Part shown: one piece after another, positions 1-9,122 of the stretch
Position numbering within the stretch: position 1 is the stretch's first letter
Layout of the letters: each line of letters begins with the position of its first letter
Source: an uncultured virus (IMG/VR IMGVR_UViG_3300045747_000172)
Lineage: Duplodnaviria; Heunggongvirae; Uroviricota; Caudoviricetes
Virus record (IMG/VR): IMGVR_UViG_3300045747_000172
DNA length: 20,000 nucleotides
Reading direction: 5' to 3' (one strand)
Notes under the pieces: generated by a model
Seen by the model: the letters and a program-made list of their open reading frames with translations, nothing else
What the model was told of the DNA's origin: nothing
Database searches by the model: none
Position numbers and translations under genes: made by a program

Positions 1-582
1 GCTGCCGCAGACCTGCTCCGGGACGGCATCCTCGAGTACGGAGGCGTCAAGAAGTACCGCAAGACCTTGGGCATGGCGCACAATAACCCCGGCAACATCA
101 TGTCGGGCAAGGGTGGGACGATGGGCACGTACAGGGACAACCAGGAAGGCCTGGATGCCATGGCCGGCCTGCTCTTGCGTTACCAGCAGATGGGGTTGAA
201 TACGATCGAAGGGATTGTCAGCCGCTACGCCCCGCCCAAGAACCCGGACGGCACGGTCGCCAACAACACCAAAGCCTACATCGCCAACATGGCCGCTGCG
301 CTGGGAGTAGGAGCCAGGGACATGCTCGACCTCAAGGATCCCGCGGTGCTCGCCAAGCTCATGGGCGCCATGATCAAGCAGGAGCAGGGCTACAGTCCCT
401 TCACGCCCATGGACCTGCTCGACAGTGCGCAGATGCGCCTGGGCGGTGGGTACACCTTCAACCAGACGACGCAGATCACAGTCACCGGCACCGGGGCTGA
501 GGAGACCGCACGCGCAGTCGCTGGCCACCAGGATCGAGTCAACGCGACACTACTGCGCAATGCGCAAGGAGCAGTGCGATGA
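1..582 (+). CDS. C-terminal part of probable tape-measure/tail protein with NNPGNI-type putative cell-wall hydrolase (lysozyme-like) domain; 5' truncated by the window
   Basis: Frame 1 is open from base 1 (AAADLLRDGILEYGG...). It carries HNNPGNI, GLNTIEGIVSRYAPP and NNTKAYI motifs and a typical TMP ending (TFNQTTQITVTG...). It lies directly upstream of the baseplate genes with an ATGA overlap. Confidence 0.7.
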   Translation, partial: AAADLLRDGILEYGGVKKYRKTLGMAHNNPGNIMSGKGGTMGTYRDNQEGLDAMAGLLLRYQQMGLNTIEGIVSRYAPPKNPDGTVANNTKAYIANMAAALGVGARDMLDLKDPAVLAKLMGAMIKQEQGYSPFTPMDLLDSAQMRLGGGYTFNQTTQITVTGTGAEETARAVAGHQDRVNATLLRNAQGAVR

Positions 583-1217
583 GTGAGCCCGCACTCGGGA
601 TCGTCACCGCTGCCGCCCAGATCGGGCTGAGCAGCATCATCGTTCGTCCGTACCGGGCGATCGGCGACTTCGTGGCACAGGTGACGCTGGAAGAGCAACA
701 CCACGACGAACTGGAGATCACGGACCACCCGGTCGAGCAGGGCAGCGTCATCAGCGATCACGCGTACCGCCGCCCGTCCAGCGTGATCATCAAGTGCGGC
801 TGGAGCAATAGCCCGAGCATCAGTGGGCTGATCGACGGCATCGTGGGCGGGGTCAAGGCCACGGTCACCGGCGCCCAGTCCCTGGCCAGCGGCAACAGCG
901 TGAACCAGGTACGGGACGTTTACGCCAAGCTCCTCAAGCTCCAGGCCTCTCGAGTGCTGTTCGACATCTACACCGGCAAGCGGGTGTACAAGAACATGCT
1001 CATCAAGTCCCTCTCCCAGACCACGAACCCGCAGAGTGAGAATTCTCTGATGATCACTGCGGAGTGCCGGGAGGTCATCATCGTCCAGACACAGACCGTG
1101 GCGATCCAGGCCGACCCCTCCAAGCAGAAGAACCCAGGAGCGACACAGGCGCCCGTGAACACCGGCGTGCAGTCCCTGGGCCCGGGTGAGAAGTTCGTTA
1201 CCCCAGGAACACCATGA
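579..1217 (+). CDS. Dit-like/baseplate tail-tube-initiator-type phage protein
   Basis: Motifs EEQHHDELEITDHPVEQGSVISDHAY and IYTGKRVYKNMLI are typical of the protein following the TMP in this myovirus baseplate type; ATGA overlaps on both sides. Confidence 0.7.
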   Translation: MSEPALGIVTAAAQIGLSSIIVRPYRAIGDFVAQVTLEEQHHDELEITDHPVEQGSVISDHAYRRPSSVIIKCGWSNSPSISGLIDGIVGGVKATVTGAQSLASGNSVNQVRDVYAKLLKLQASRVLFDIYTGKRVYKNMLIKSLSQTTNPQSENSLMITAECREVIIVQTQTVAIQADPSKQKNPGATQAPVNTGVQSLGPGEKFVTPGTP

Positions 1218-1525
1218 GCACCCCCTACGAGATCCCCCTGAGCGCGCAGCCGTCGATCTTCCAGATCGCGCTCGCTGGCACCACCTACGCCTGCAAGGTC
1301 TACTGGTGCCCACCGTCGGCCTCATGGGTTCTCGACATCGCAGGTGCTGACGAGACGCCTATCATCTCGGGCATCCCGCTGCTGACCGGGTGCGACCTGC
1401 TGTTCCAGCACAAGTACCTCAACCTCAAGGGCGGCCTCTGGGTGCAGAGCGATGTCGACCTCTACGCCGTGCCTGACTTCACGAGCCTCGGCACGCAGGG
1501 CCACCTCTACTTCCTGGCGGACTGA
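1214..1525 (+). CDS. Small baseplate protein
   Basis: 103 aa with YEIPL...W.LDI...GIPLLTGCDLL.Q...LG...HLYF pattern; conserved position before the hub gene. Confidence 0.65.
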   Translation: MSTPYEIPLSAQPSIFQIALAGTTYACKVYWCPPSASWVLDIAGADETPIISGIPLLTGCDLLFQHKYLNLKGGLWVQSDVDLYAVPDFTSLGTQGHLYFLAD

Positions 1526-1528
1526 CCC

Positions 1529-2458
1529 ATGAGTGACAGTCAGTTCCTACGCAAGGCAGTCCTAGTCGTCTTCAAGGGTGACAAGGGACTGGACCTGAGT
1601 GAGATGCAGTTCAGCTTCAGCACCTCGCAGCAGGACGTGGAGAGCCCGAACAACTGCACCATCCGCGTGTACAACCTGAAGAAGGAGACGGTCAAGCGTG
1701 TCCAGGGTGAGTTCACGGATGTGGTCGTCCAGGGCGGCTACGACAACAACTACGGTGTCATCTTCCAGGGCACGATCAAGCAGTTCAGGGTGGGCAAGGA
1801 GAACGCGACTGACTCCTACCTGGACATCCTCGCGGCGGACGGTGACATCGCCTACAACTGGGCAGTGGTGAACAAGACGCTGGCAGCCAAGAGCACGCCC
1901 GCAGACCGCATCAAGGTGGTCATTGACGCGATGAATCCTCACGGGGTCAGCGCAGGGTACATGTCACCGATCACCGGCGGCGTGCTGCCCCGGGGCAAGG
2001 TGCTCTTCGGTATGGGCCGGAGTGTGCTCCGTGACGAGATGGGCACTGCGGGCTACACCTGGGACATCAGCAACGGCCAGGTCAACATCCTGCCCACCAC
2101 GGGTTACTTGCCGACCACCGCCGTGGTGCTCAATGCTCAGACCGGCCTCATAGGCATCCCGGAGCAGACGAACGACGGTATCCGGGTCCGCTCCCTGCTC
2201 AATCCGCGCATTGCGGTAGGCGGTCGAGTGCAGATCGACAACAAGAGCATCAACCAGACGATCCAGGCTAACGCCACGGCACCGCCTGTTGCGTTCAACA
2301 CCTACGCAGGCGTCCAGTTCCTCGCCGACGTCAGCGCGGACGGGTTCTACCGTGTTTACGTGGCGGAGCACAGCGGTGACACACGCGGCCAGAAGTGGTA
2401 CACGGACATGATCTGCCTGCGCATCAACGTGGACACCAAGAAGGTAATCGCGCCATGA
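1529..2458 (+). CDS. Baseplate hub protein (gp27/gpD-like)
   Basis: 309 aa; PNNCTIRVYNL, GVIFQGTIKQ, DILAADGD, TGLIGIPEQT, SLLNPRI, HSGDTRGQKWY; immediately upstream of the spike gene. Confidence 0.75.
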   Translation: MSDSQFLRKAVLVVFKGDKGLDLSEMQFSFSTSQQDVESPNNCTIRVYNLKKETVKRVQGEFTDVVVQGGYDNNYGVIFQGTIKQFRVGKENATDSYLDILAADGDIAYNWAVVNKTLAAKSTPADRIKVVIDAMNPHGVSAGYMSPITGGVLPRGKVLFGMGRSVLRDEMGTAGYTWDISNGQVNILPTTGYLPTTAVVLNAQTGLIGIPEQTNDGIRVRSLLNPRIAVGGRVQIDNKSINQTIQANATAPPVAFNTYAGVQFLADVSADGFYRVYVAEHSGDTRGQKWYTDMICLRINVDTKKVIAP

Positions 2459-3216
2459 ACCGCCAGGAACGACTCGACGACATCAATGCGGCGGTACTTG
2501 CCGCCCTGACCGGGTGGCAGGCGGAGACCTGGAGCGCCATGCCCGCCCGCATCCTCAGCTACGACGCGACCAAGGAAACGGTCAGTGCGGAGATCACCAT
2601 CAAGTGCAAGGTGGTCAAGCCCGACAACTCGGTCGAGTGGCAGACCATCAGCCCGTGCGTGGACTGCCCGGTCATCTTCCCGAGTGGTGGTGGCTTCACG
2701 CTCACCTTCCCCATTGCGGTGGGTGACGAGTGCCTACTCATCTTCGCCAGCCGCTGCATCGACGCCTGGTGGCAGAGCGGTGGAGTGCAGCAGCAGGTGG
2801 ACATTCGCATGCACGACCTCAGCGACGGCTTCGCGCTGATCGGCCCGCGCAGCATCCCTCGCGTGCACAGCCCCCATCCTCGTACCGATCGCGTGGAGCT
2901 CCGCAGTGACGACCGCAGCGCCTACATTGCCATCCGCTCAGGCACCAACGTCATCGACCTGAACACGACCGGGGACGTCCAGGTCCAGTGCGAGGGTGTC
3001 GCCTACGTGAGTGCAGGCACCGGATTGGTCGCCTCAGTCGTCGGGGATGCGTCAGTGACGGCCACGGGTACAATGACCCTGACCGCACCGACCGTGAACA
3101 TCGTGGGCAACGTGAGCATCACGGGCACCCTTAGCAACAACGGAGTCAACGTCGGCAGCACTCACGTTCACGGTGGTGTCCAGACGGGCGGTGGCAACTC
3201 CGCTGTGCCCCACTAG
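2455..3216 (+). CDS. Baseplate central spike protein (gpV/Gp138-like), 253 aa; start revised to ATG 2455
   Basis: ATGA overlap with the hub stop. OB-fold-like N-domain (DCPVIFPSGGGFTLTFPIAVGDECLLIFASRCIDAWWQSG, RMHDLSDGF), Val/Gly/Thr beta-helix region and C-terminal HxH apex motif (STHVHGGV). Confidence 0.85.
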   Translation: MNRQERLDDINAAVLAALTGWQAETWSAMPARILSYDATKETVSAEITIKCKVVKPDNSVEWQTISPCVDCPVIFPSGGGFTLTFPIAVGDECLLIFASRCIDAWWQSGGVQQQVDIRMHDLSDGFALIGPRSIPRVHSPHPRTDRVELRSDDRSAYIAIRSGTNVIDLNTTGDVQVQCEGVAYVSAGTGLVASVVGDASVTATGTMTLTAPTVNIVGNVSITGTLSNNGVNVGSTHVHGGVQTGGGNSAVPH

Positions 3217-3225
3217 GAAGCAAGC

Positions 3226-3585
3226 ATGCGATACCGTACATTGTCTCCAACCGGCGACTACGCATTCGGAGGAATCGGCCAGTTCCTGGTCAATTCCTCC
3301 GAAGCTGTGGCGCAGGCCATCTACACCAGGCTCATGCTCTGGACGGGTGAGTGGTTCCTCGACACGGATGAGGGCACGCCGTACACGCAGCAGGTGCTCG
3401 GCTACGGCACTCAGGACACGCGGGACATCGCCATCAAGCAGCGAGTGCTCGACACCCCAGGGGTTGACCAGATCCTCTCCTATGCGAGCTCCGTGGACGC
3501 CCAGCGCCGGATGAAGGTCAGCATGACCGTCCAGACCCTCTACGGCACCACCCAAGTCACCGCCAACCTGGGAGTCACCCAATGA
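3226..3585 (+). CDS. Baseplate wedge protein (gp25/gpW-like)
   Basis: MRYRTLSPTGDY.FG, AVAQAI.TRL.LW.GEWFLD..EGTPY; SD AGGAAG upstream; position between spike and baseplate J. Confidence 0.75.
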   Translation: MRYRTLSPTGDYAFGGIGQFLVNSSEAVAQAIYTRLMLWTGEWFLDTDEGTPYTQQVLGYGTQDTRDIAIKQRVLDTPGVDQILSYASSVDAQRRMKVSMTVQTLYGTTQVTANLGVTQ

Positions 3586-4772
3586 CCACGACCTACCCGC
3601 TCCCCACCCTGGCCGCGACCGTCGGCCTGACGGGGATCACCGCGCCCTCGTTCAACGACATCCTCCTGAGTCTACAGGCCACCTTTCAAGGCATCTACGG
3701 GGCGGATGCTTACATTGGCGCGGACAGCCAGGACGGTCAGCTCCTGGGCGCGGTCGCCAGTGCCATCAACGACTGCAATTCGATGGCGGTGAGCATCTAC
3801 AACGCCTTCAGCCCGCAGACCGCAGTGGGTGTCGGCCTGAGCAGCGTGGTGAAGATCAACAACATCACGCGGAACGTGGCCACGAACTCCCAGGTGAACC
3901 TGGACATCGTCGGCATCGTCGGCACGACCATCATCGGTGGCCAGGCCGGGGACGCCAACGGCAACAAGTGGAACCTGCCGGCCTCAGTGGTCATCCCAGG
4001 CAGCGGCACCATCACTGTGACCGCGACCGCTGACCAGCTGGGCGCGATCAACGCCCCGATCAGTAGCGTCAACCAGATCCTGACGCCGACGGCGGGGTGG
4101 CAGACCGTCAACAACACCACCACCGCAACGCCCGGCCAGCCTGTCGAGAGTGACGCCCAGTTGCGCATCAGGCAGCAGATCAGCCAGCCGCTGAACTCGA
4201 ACACCGTGCTCCAGTCCCTGGCCGCGAACCTCAAGGCGATCCCAGGCGTCACCTACGGCACCATCTACGAGAACGACACGGGCTCCGTTGACACCAACAG
4301 CCTGCCGGCGCACAGCATCTCGTGCGTGGTCAAGGGTGGCGACGCTGCGGTCATTGCCAGCACCATCTACACCAAGAAGGGCAACGGGGTCACCACCTAC
4401 GGCACGAGCAGTCAGACCATCATCGACATCAGCGGTGCCGTGCGAACGATCTACTTCAGCATCCCCACCGAGATCCCCATCCGGGTCAACATCAGCATCT
4501 CGGCACTCACGGGCTACACCAGTGCGATCGGGGTCGAGATCCAGAACCAGATCACCAACTTCATCAACGCCTTTGTCATCGGTGAGGACCTGGTGGTCAA
4601 TCGCATCTACCAGGCGGCGCTGCTCAACGGTGACCCGCTCAACCTCACCTTCAAGATCACCGACCTGCAGGCAGGCCCGGTCAGCGGAGCAGTGGGCACC
4701 ACGGACGTGACCATCGCCTATACCGAGAAGGCCACCTGCACGCCCGCTGACGTCCACATTACCCTGGTGTAA
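3582..4772 (+). CDS. Baseplate J-like wedge protein
   Basis: 396 aa; DSQDGQL, FSPQTAVGVGLSS.VKIN.ITR, G...ESDAQLRIRQ, IYENDT, LPAHSIS.VV.GG. Confidence 0.85.
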   Translation: MTTTYPLPTLAATVGLTGITAPSFNDILLSLQATFQGIYGADAYIGADSQDGQLLGAVASAINDCNSMAVSIYNAFSPQTAVGVGLSSVVKINNITRNVATNSQVNLDIVGIVGTTIIGGQAGDANGNKWNLPASVVIPGSGTITVTATADQLGAINAPISSVNQILTPTAGWQTVNNTTTATPGQPVESDAQLRIRQQISQPLNSNTVLQSLAANLKAIPGVTYGTIYENDTGSVDTNSLPAHSISCVVKGGDAAVIASTIYTKKGNGVTTYGTSSQTIIDISGAVRTIYFSIPTEIPIRVNISISALTGYTSAIGVEIQNQITNFINAFVIGEDLVVNRIYQAALLNGDPLNLTFKITDLQAGPVSGAVGTTDVTIAYTEKATCTPADVHITLV

Positions 4773-4775
4773 GAC

Positions 4776-5438
4776 ATGGCAACCGACTACACCTCACTCA
4801 TCACCAGCCTCCACGCTGACAAGCCCAACTTCGTGGCCACCGTGGCTGCGCTGACCAAGCCCTTTGGCGACATCACGGACAGCATCCAGGGCCTCACGGT
4901 GGCGTTCGATATCGACTCCGCAGTGGGCGTGCAACTCGATGTCATCGGGCTATGGGTGGGCGTCCCCCGCAACCAGCTGGTGCCCGTGGCGAACTCCTAC
5001 TTCACTTGGGACCTTGCAGGCCTAGGCTGGAACCAGGGCAGCTGGAAGGGCCCGTACAGCCCGACGGAGGGCATCACCACACTCGACGATGACACCTATC
5101 GCGTGGTGCTCAAGGCCCAGGCTGCCAGCAACTACTGGAACGGTGCCAATGACACCCTGAACGTCATCGGTGAGACGGTCGTGTCGAGTGTCGGCGTGCA
5201 GTGCTTCGTGATCGACAACATGGACATGACCTGCACGGTCTACATCCTCGGTGCACCTACGCCCGTGCTCATTGCCATGATCCAGCGCGGCCTCGTGCCT
5301 CCCAAGACCGCGGGTGTCCGCATCACCGGGTACATCCTTGCGAGTGACCCAGGTGCACCGTTCTTCGCGCTCGACGTCTACACCACCACCGAGGTCGCTG
5401 GACTCGACTTCGGGTCCTTTGGCGATCCGCTTCCCTAG
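4776..5438 (+). CDS. Baseplate wedge protein (DUF2612/gpI-like)
   Basis: Y..LITS.H.DKP.F, FDIDSAVGVQLDVIGLWVG..R, LDDDTYR..LKA, IDN.DMT; canonical position after baseplate J. Confidence 0.8.
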   Translation: MATDYTSLITSLHADKPNFVATVAALTKPFGDITDSIQGLTVAFDIDSAVGVQLDVIGLWVGVPRNQLVPVANSYFTWDLAGLGWNQGSWKGPYSPTEGITTLDDDTYRVVLKAQAASNYWNGANDTLNVIGETVVSSVGVQCFVIDNMDMTCTVYILGAPTPVLIAMIQRGLVPPKTAGVRITGYILASDPGAPFFALDVYTTTEVAGLDFGSFGDPLP

Positions 5439-5446
5439 GAGCTTTC

Positions 5447-6217
5447 ATGTCTGGAACCAATCAGTATCTCGCCTTCGGCACCGGGGGCGCCGCGAACACC
5501 CTCTCCTACGCTGCCTACTCCGCGCTGACCACGGTCATCGCCAATGGCTTTCAGCCGGGCATCGCACTCAGCGAGCAGGTCAACACGGTCCTGCGGCAGG
5601 CGACGGTTGCCTCCTCAGGGCTGGCCAAGTTCTCGACGGACAATGGCACGCTGGACTGCCTGGACGACGGAAGTCCCGCGAACTTCGCGGCGGCGCTGCT
5701 CAACGCGATCCAGGCTGTCATCAACTCTACCCAGGGGTGGAAGACCGGGGACGTGAAGGGCACGACAGACTCGAACATGGCGCACCACCCGGGCTGGCTC
5801 AAGCTCAACGGGCAAGTGGTCAGCCGCAGCACGTACTCGGCACTGTTCACCCTCTACGGCACCACGTTCGGGGCAGGGGACGGCAGCACGACATTCGGCC
5901 TGCCGGACACACGCGGTGAGTTCCTGCGCAACTGGGACGACGGTCGAGGCATTGACGGCAGCCGCGCACTCGCCACCTTCCAGGCCGCCCAGCTCCAGGC
6001 CCACAAGCACGTGATGGCTTGGGGTGAGGCGGGCTCAGGCGCTTTCGGCCAGACCACAAACACAGGCCACGCCGGATCGAATGCCACGGACTTCGACAAC
6101 TACTTCTTCAACACCAACGACGGCACGGCATTCGACGGGGCACCCGGCAACGGCTCAATCGTTGGTGCTGAGACGCGCCCCCGCAACTTCTCGGTCCTGC
6201 TGCTCGTTCACATCTAA
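5447..6217 (+). CDS. Short tail fibre protein 1 with tail-collar domain
   Basis: N-terminal anchor (GFQPGIA.SEQVN.VLRQAT), collar motif PGWLKLNGQVVSRSTYSALF...GAGDGSTTFGLPDTRGEFLR.WDDGRGID, HxH (QAHKH) and C-terminal ETRPRN; SD AGGAG. Confidence 0.85.
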   Translation: MSGTNQYLAFGTGGAANTLSYAAYSALTTVIANGFQPGIALSEQVNTVLRQATVASSGLAKFSTDNGTLDCLDDGSPANFAAALLNAIQAVINSTQGWKTGDVKGTTDSNMAHHPGWLKLNGQVVSRSTYSALFTLYGTTFGAGDGSTTFGLPDTRGEFLRNWDDGRGIDGSRALATFQAAQLQAHKHVMAWGEAGSGAFGQTTNTGHAGSNATDFDNYFFNTNDGTAFDGAPGNGSIVGAETRPRNFSVLLLVHI

Positions 6218-6228
6218 GGGGCACGGCC

Positions 6229-8757
6229 ATGCCGTTCACCAATGAATTCAAAGCCTTTGCGGTAGGCACGGGCAACGACAACACCTCCCAGGCTGACTAC
6301 GTCACCGCTGCCTGGCGTGAGACCGGCTTCGTCAGCGGCATCCTGTCGCACCAGAAGATCAACAAGGTACTACGCCAGGCGACGTTCTGGGCTGCGGCAC
6401 ACGCGCAGACCATGAGTGACTTGCTCCAGATTGACGTCACGGACAACGGGGATGTCGGAGCACTCGTCACCCAGATGAAGGTGCTCCTGAGCGCAGGCTT
6501 GGTCTACAACCCGGGCATCACGTATCCCGCAGGAAGCATCGGAGCGAAGCTCAGTAACCTGGACACCACAGGCGGCTCGGCATTCAACGCGGACAACATC
6601 AAGGCGCTTGTTGCCGGCGCGTTGTCCGAGGACCAGTTCACGATCGCGCTCAAGAACCGGCTGAGCCAGATCGACGCGCCAGTGACGGGTTTGGTCACGC
6701 AGGTGTCGACCCTGATCGCCACCTACGGCACCACGGTGAGTGCTGCTCAGAGTGCCGCTGACGCTGCCACCGCTGCCGCCAGTGCGATCGCTGCGCAGAA
6801 CGCCGCCGCGATCAGTGCAGGCGCTGCGTTCACGAGTCAGTCCAACGCTGCCACGAGTGCCACCACCGCCGCCACCCAGGCCAGCAATGCGAGCACGAGT
6901 GCATCCCAGGCCGCCACGAGCTCCTCGAGTGCGGCAGGCAGCGCCTCGAGTGCTTCAGGGAGTGCTACCGCAGCGGCGAACAGTGCGTCACTGGCGGGAA
7001 CCAAAGCGACAGCAGCCGCGACGAGCGCATCTGCAGCCAGCACCAGTGCAACGGATGCAGCGGGCTACGCCACCGCGGCCAACACCAGTGCGACCAACGC
7101 TGCCACGAACGCAGGCAGTGCCTCGACCAGTGCTTCGTCGGCCAGCACCAGCGCCAGCACTGCGACCACGAGCGCCAACACTGCGGTCACGCAAGCGAAC
7201 CTGGCTAGCACCAGCGCCAGCAACGCGGCCACGAGTGCATCCGCAGCGGCGACCAGTGCAACGGCGGCGAACAGCAGTTCCAGCACTGCAACGACGCAGG
7301 CAACGAATGCAGGGAACAGTGCCACCGCAGCGAACACCAGTGCGCTGAATGCAAGCTCGAGTCAGACCGCAGCAGCGGGCAGTGCAACCGCTGCATCAGG
7401 TAGTGCGACTTCCGCAGCGGGCAGTGCCACTACGGCGACCAATCAAGCCAATGCGGCCAACACCAGTGCCAGCAACGCGAACACATCAGCCACCAACGCT
7501 GCCAGCAGCGCCTCGAGTGCTTCGGGCAGTGCCACCAGTGCTAGCACCAGCGCGGGTAATGCAGCCACGAGCGCGGGCACTGCAACGACGCAGGCAGGCA
7601 ATGCCTCGACCAGTGCATCCAATGCAAGCAGTTCCGCGAGCAGCGCCAACACCAGTGCACTCGCAGCCGCCTCGAGTCAGACCGCAGCGGCGGGGAGTGC
7701 TTCAGCTGCATCAGGCAGTGCCAGCACCGCGAGCACTCAGGCCAGCAACGCAGGCACGAGTGCGTCCGCGGCCGCAACCAGTGCTACCGCCGCAAGCACC
7801 AGCGCCTCCAGCGCCAGCACGAGTGCTAGTAACGCCAGTACTAGTGCCAGCAACGCAGCGGGCAGCGCAAGTACAGCCAGCACCGCCGCCGGCAACGCAA
7901 GTACGAGTGCCACGAACGCAGGGAACAGCGCGACAGCAGCGAACAGCAGTGCCAGCACCGCGAGCACATCGGCCACCAACGCCTCGAACAGTGCCACTGC
8001 CGCTGCTCAGTCCTACACGGACACGGTCAGCGCCACCGGGGCCCTCACCGCATCCGTCTCGACCCTGAGCAGCACGGTCGCATCGCTGAGTGGGACAGTC
8101 GGCACGGTCTCGGCCAACTACACCCTGAAGGTTGCAGCCACACGCAGCGACGGCAAGCTGGTGCTCGGAGGCATCGGTGTCGCCAGTACCGCTTCCGGGA
8201 CCATCGGTCAGTCCGAGATCCTCATGCAGGCGGACAAGCTCGTCTTTGTGCCGTCTAGCAACCCGAATGCGGCGCTGACGAACCTCATGGTGGTGGGCAC
8301 CATCAACGGCGTCACCACGCTGACCATTCCTGGGAGCATCATCGGGGACCTGACGGTAGGCACCCTGAGCATTGCGAACAACGCGGTGACCATCCCGGTG
8401 GCGGTGGACATGACCAGCGCCGTCTCGATCAACACCTATGACACGACAATCATGTCAGTACCGCTAGACCCAGGCGGTGCGCCAATGTTGGTGTTGTTTG
8501 ACAACGCGAATTACTTGCAGTTCATGGGGTCGTATTGCACCTACAAGATCAAGGTCAACGGCACCACCGTAAAGACAGTCGCTGCTCCTCCCACCATCTC
8601 CAATGGTTCGACGCAGCGCATGTCCTTCCAGGCCTACGTCCCGGGCGGCTATTCGGGAACAACCACTATCACCGTCACTGCCTCCAGTCCCTCAGGGTTC
8701 AGTTATGCAACTGCACTAGCTGACGGCTTCCTCGTAGTCATCGGGTTGAAGAAATGA
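6229..8757 (+). CDS. Long tail fibre protein 2: anchor domain, Ala/Ser/Thr/Asn heptad stalk, DUF1983-like segment, C-terminal putative receptor-binding domain
   Basis: 842 aa; N-terminus paralogous to fibre 1; ~425 aa low-complexity repeat; YTLKV...GKLVLGGIGV...SEILMQADKLVFV resembles the DUF1983 region of lambda-J-like proteins; beta-rich C-terminus. Confidence 0.75.
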   Translation: MPFTNEFKAFAVGTGNDNTSQADYVTAAWRETGFVSGILSHQKINKVLRQATFWAAAHAQTMSDLLQIDVTDNGDVGALVTQMKVLLSAGLVYNPGITYPAGSIGAKLSNLDTTGGSAFNADNIKALVAGALSEDQFTIALKNRLSQIDAPVTGLVTQVSTLIATYGTTVSAAQSAADAATAAASAIAAQNAAAISAGAAFTSQSNAATSATTAATQASNASTSASQAATSSSSAAGSASSASGSATAAANSASLAGTKATAAATSASAASTSATDAAGYATAANTSATNAATNAGSASTSASSASTSASTATTSANTAVTQANLASTSASNAATSASAAATSATAANSSSSTATTQATNAGNSATAANTSALNASSSQTAAAGSATAASGSATSAAGSATTATNQANAANTSASNANTSATNAASSASSASGSATSASTSAGNAATSAGTATTQAGNASTSASNASSSASSANTSALAAASSQTAAAGSASAASGSASTASTQASNAGTSASAAATSATAASTSASSASTSASNASTSASNAAGSASTASTAAGNASTSATNAGNSATAANSSASTASTSATNASNSATAAAQSYTDTVSATGALTASVSTLSSTVASLSGTVGTVSANYTLKVAATRSDGKLVLGGIGVASTASGTIGQSEILMQADKLVFVPSSNPNAALTNLMVVGTINGVTTLTIPGSIIGDLTVGTLSIANNAVTIPVAVDMTSAVSINTYDTTIMSVPLDPGGAPMLVLFDNANYLQFMGSYCTYKIKVNGTTVKTVAAPPTISNGSTQRMSFQAYVPGGYSGTTTITVTASSPSGFSYATALADGFLVVIGLKK
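6739..8013 (+). repeat. Degenerate 21-nt (7-codon) coding tandem repeat within fibre 2
   Basis: Protein pattern A-x-x-S-A-x-x. Exact DNA duplicates GCACTGCAACGACGCAGGCA at 7283 and 7577 (294 nt = 14x21) and CTCGAGTCAGACCGCAGC at 7356 and 7671 (315 nt = 15x21). Confidence 0.85.
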
Positions 8758-9122
8758 AAACTTACGCAGCATGCACACCGTCGGGCGTCATTCAGTACAC
8801 GGTAACCACGAATGTCGTACCTGACAACACTCCCGAATTCACGTTCGTTGAGGTTTCGAGAGACTTTGATGGAACAGCGCACCATTTCGACGCTGCCAAC
8901 AACAATATCATGCCGGGCAGTCACCCGGGCATGGAAGCGCACACGGACACACTGGACAAGTCTGACTTGCTAACGAAAATCACCGTGCTTGAACGGGGGC
9001 AGTACCGTGCTATGCGCGAACTGCTCATTTCACTGTCGACGGGAACTGAGTGCTCGCAAAAGGCGCTCGACCAGCTGGTCGAGATTGACGACCAAATTGT
9101 GGCACTGAGATCCAAGCTCTAG
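8754..9122 (+). CDS. Putative tail fibre assembly/chaperone protein
   Basis: 122 aa, ATGA-coupled to fibre 2; C-terminal helical ITVLERGQYRAMRELL...EIDDQIVALRSKL pattern typical of small genes after fibres. Confidence 0.55.
   Translation: MKTYAACTPSGVIQYTVTTNVVPDNTPEFTFVEVSRDFDGTAHHFDAANNNIMPGSHPGMEAHTDTLDKSDLLTKITVLERGQYRAMRELLISLSTGTECSQKALDQLVEIDDQIVALRSKL

Noticed and set aside
6740..8068. Alternate-frame Pro/Arg-rich and antisense Ala/Leu/Val-rich ORFs over the fibre repeat
   Set aside because: They are by-products of the Ala/Ser/Thr repeat. The region is a degenerate coding repeat, not a CRISPR array, since it has no constant repeat with unique spacers.
5447..9122. Diversity-generating retroelement or invertible fibre-switch cassette
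   Set aside because: No reverse transcriptase, invertase, adenine-variant TR/VR pair or flanking inverted repeats were seen in the window.
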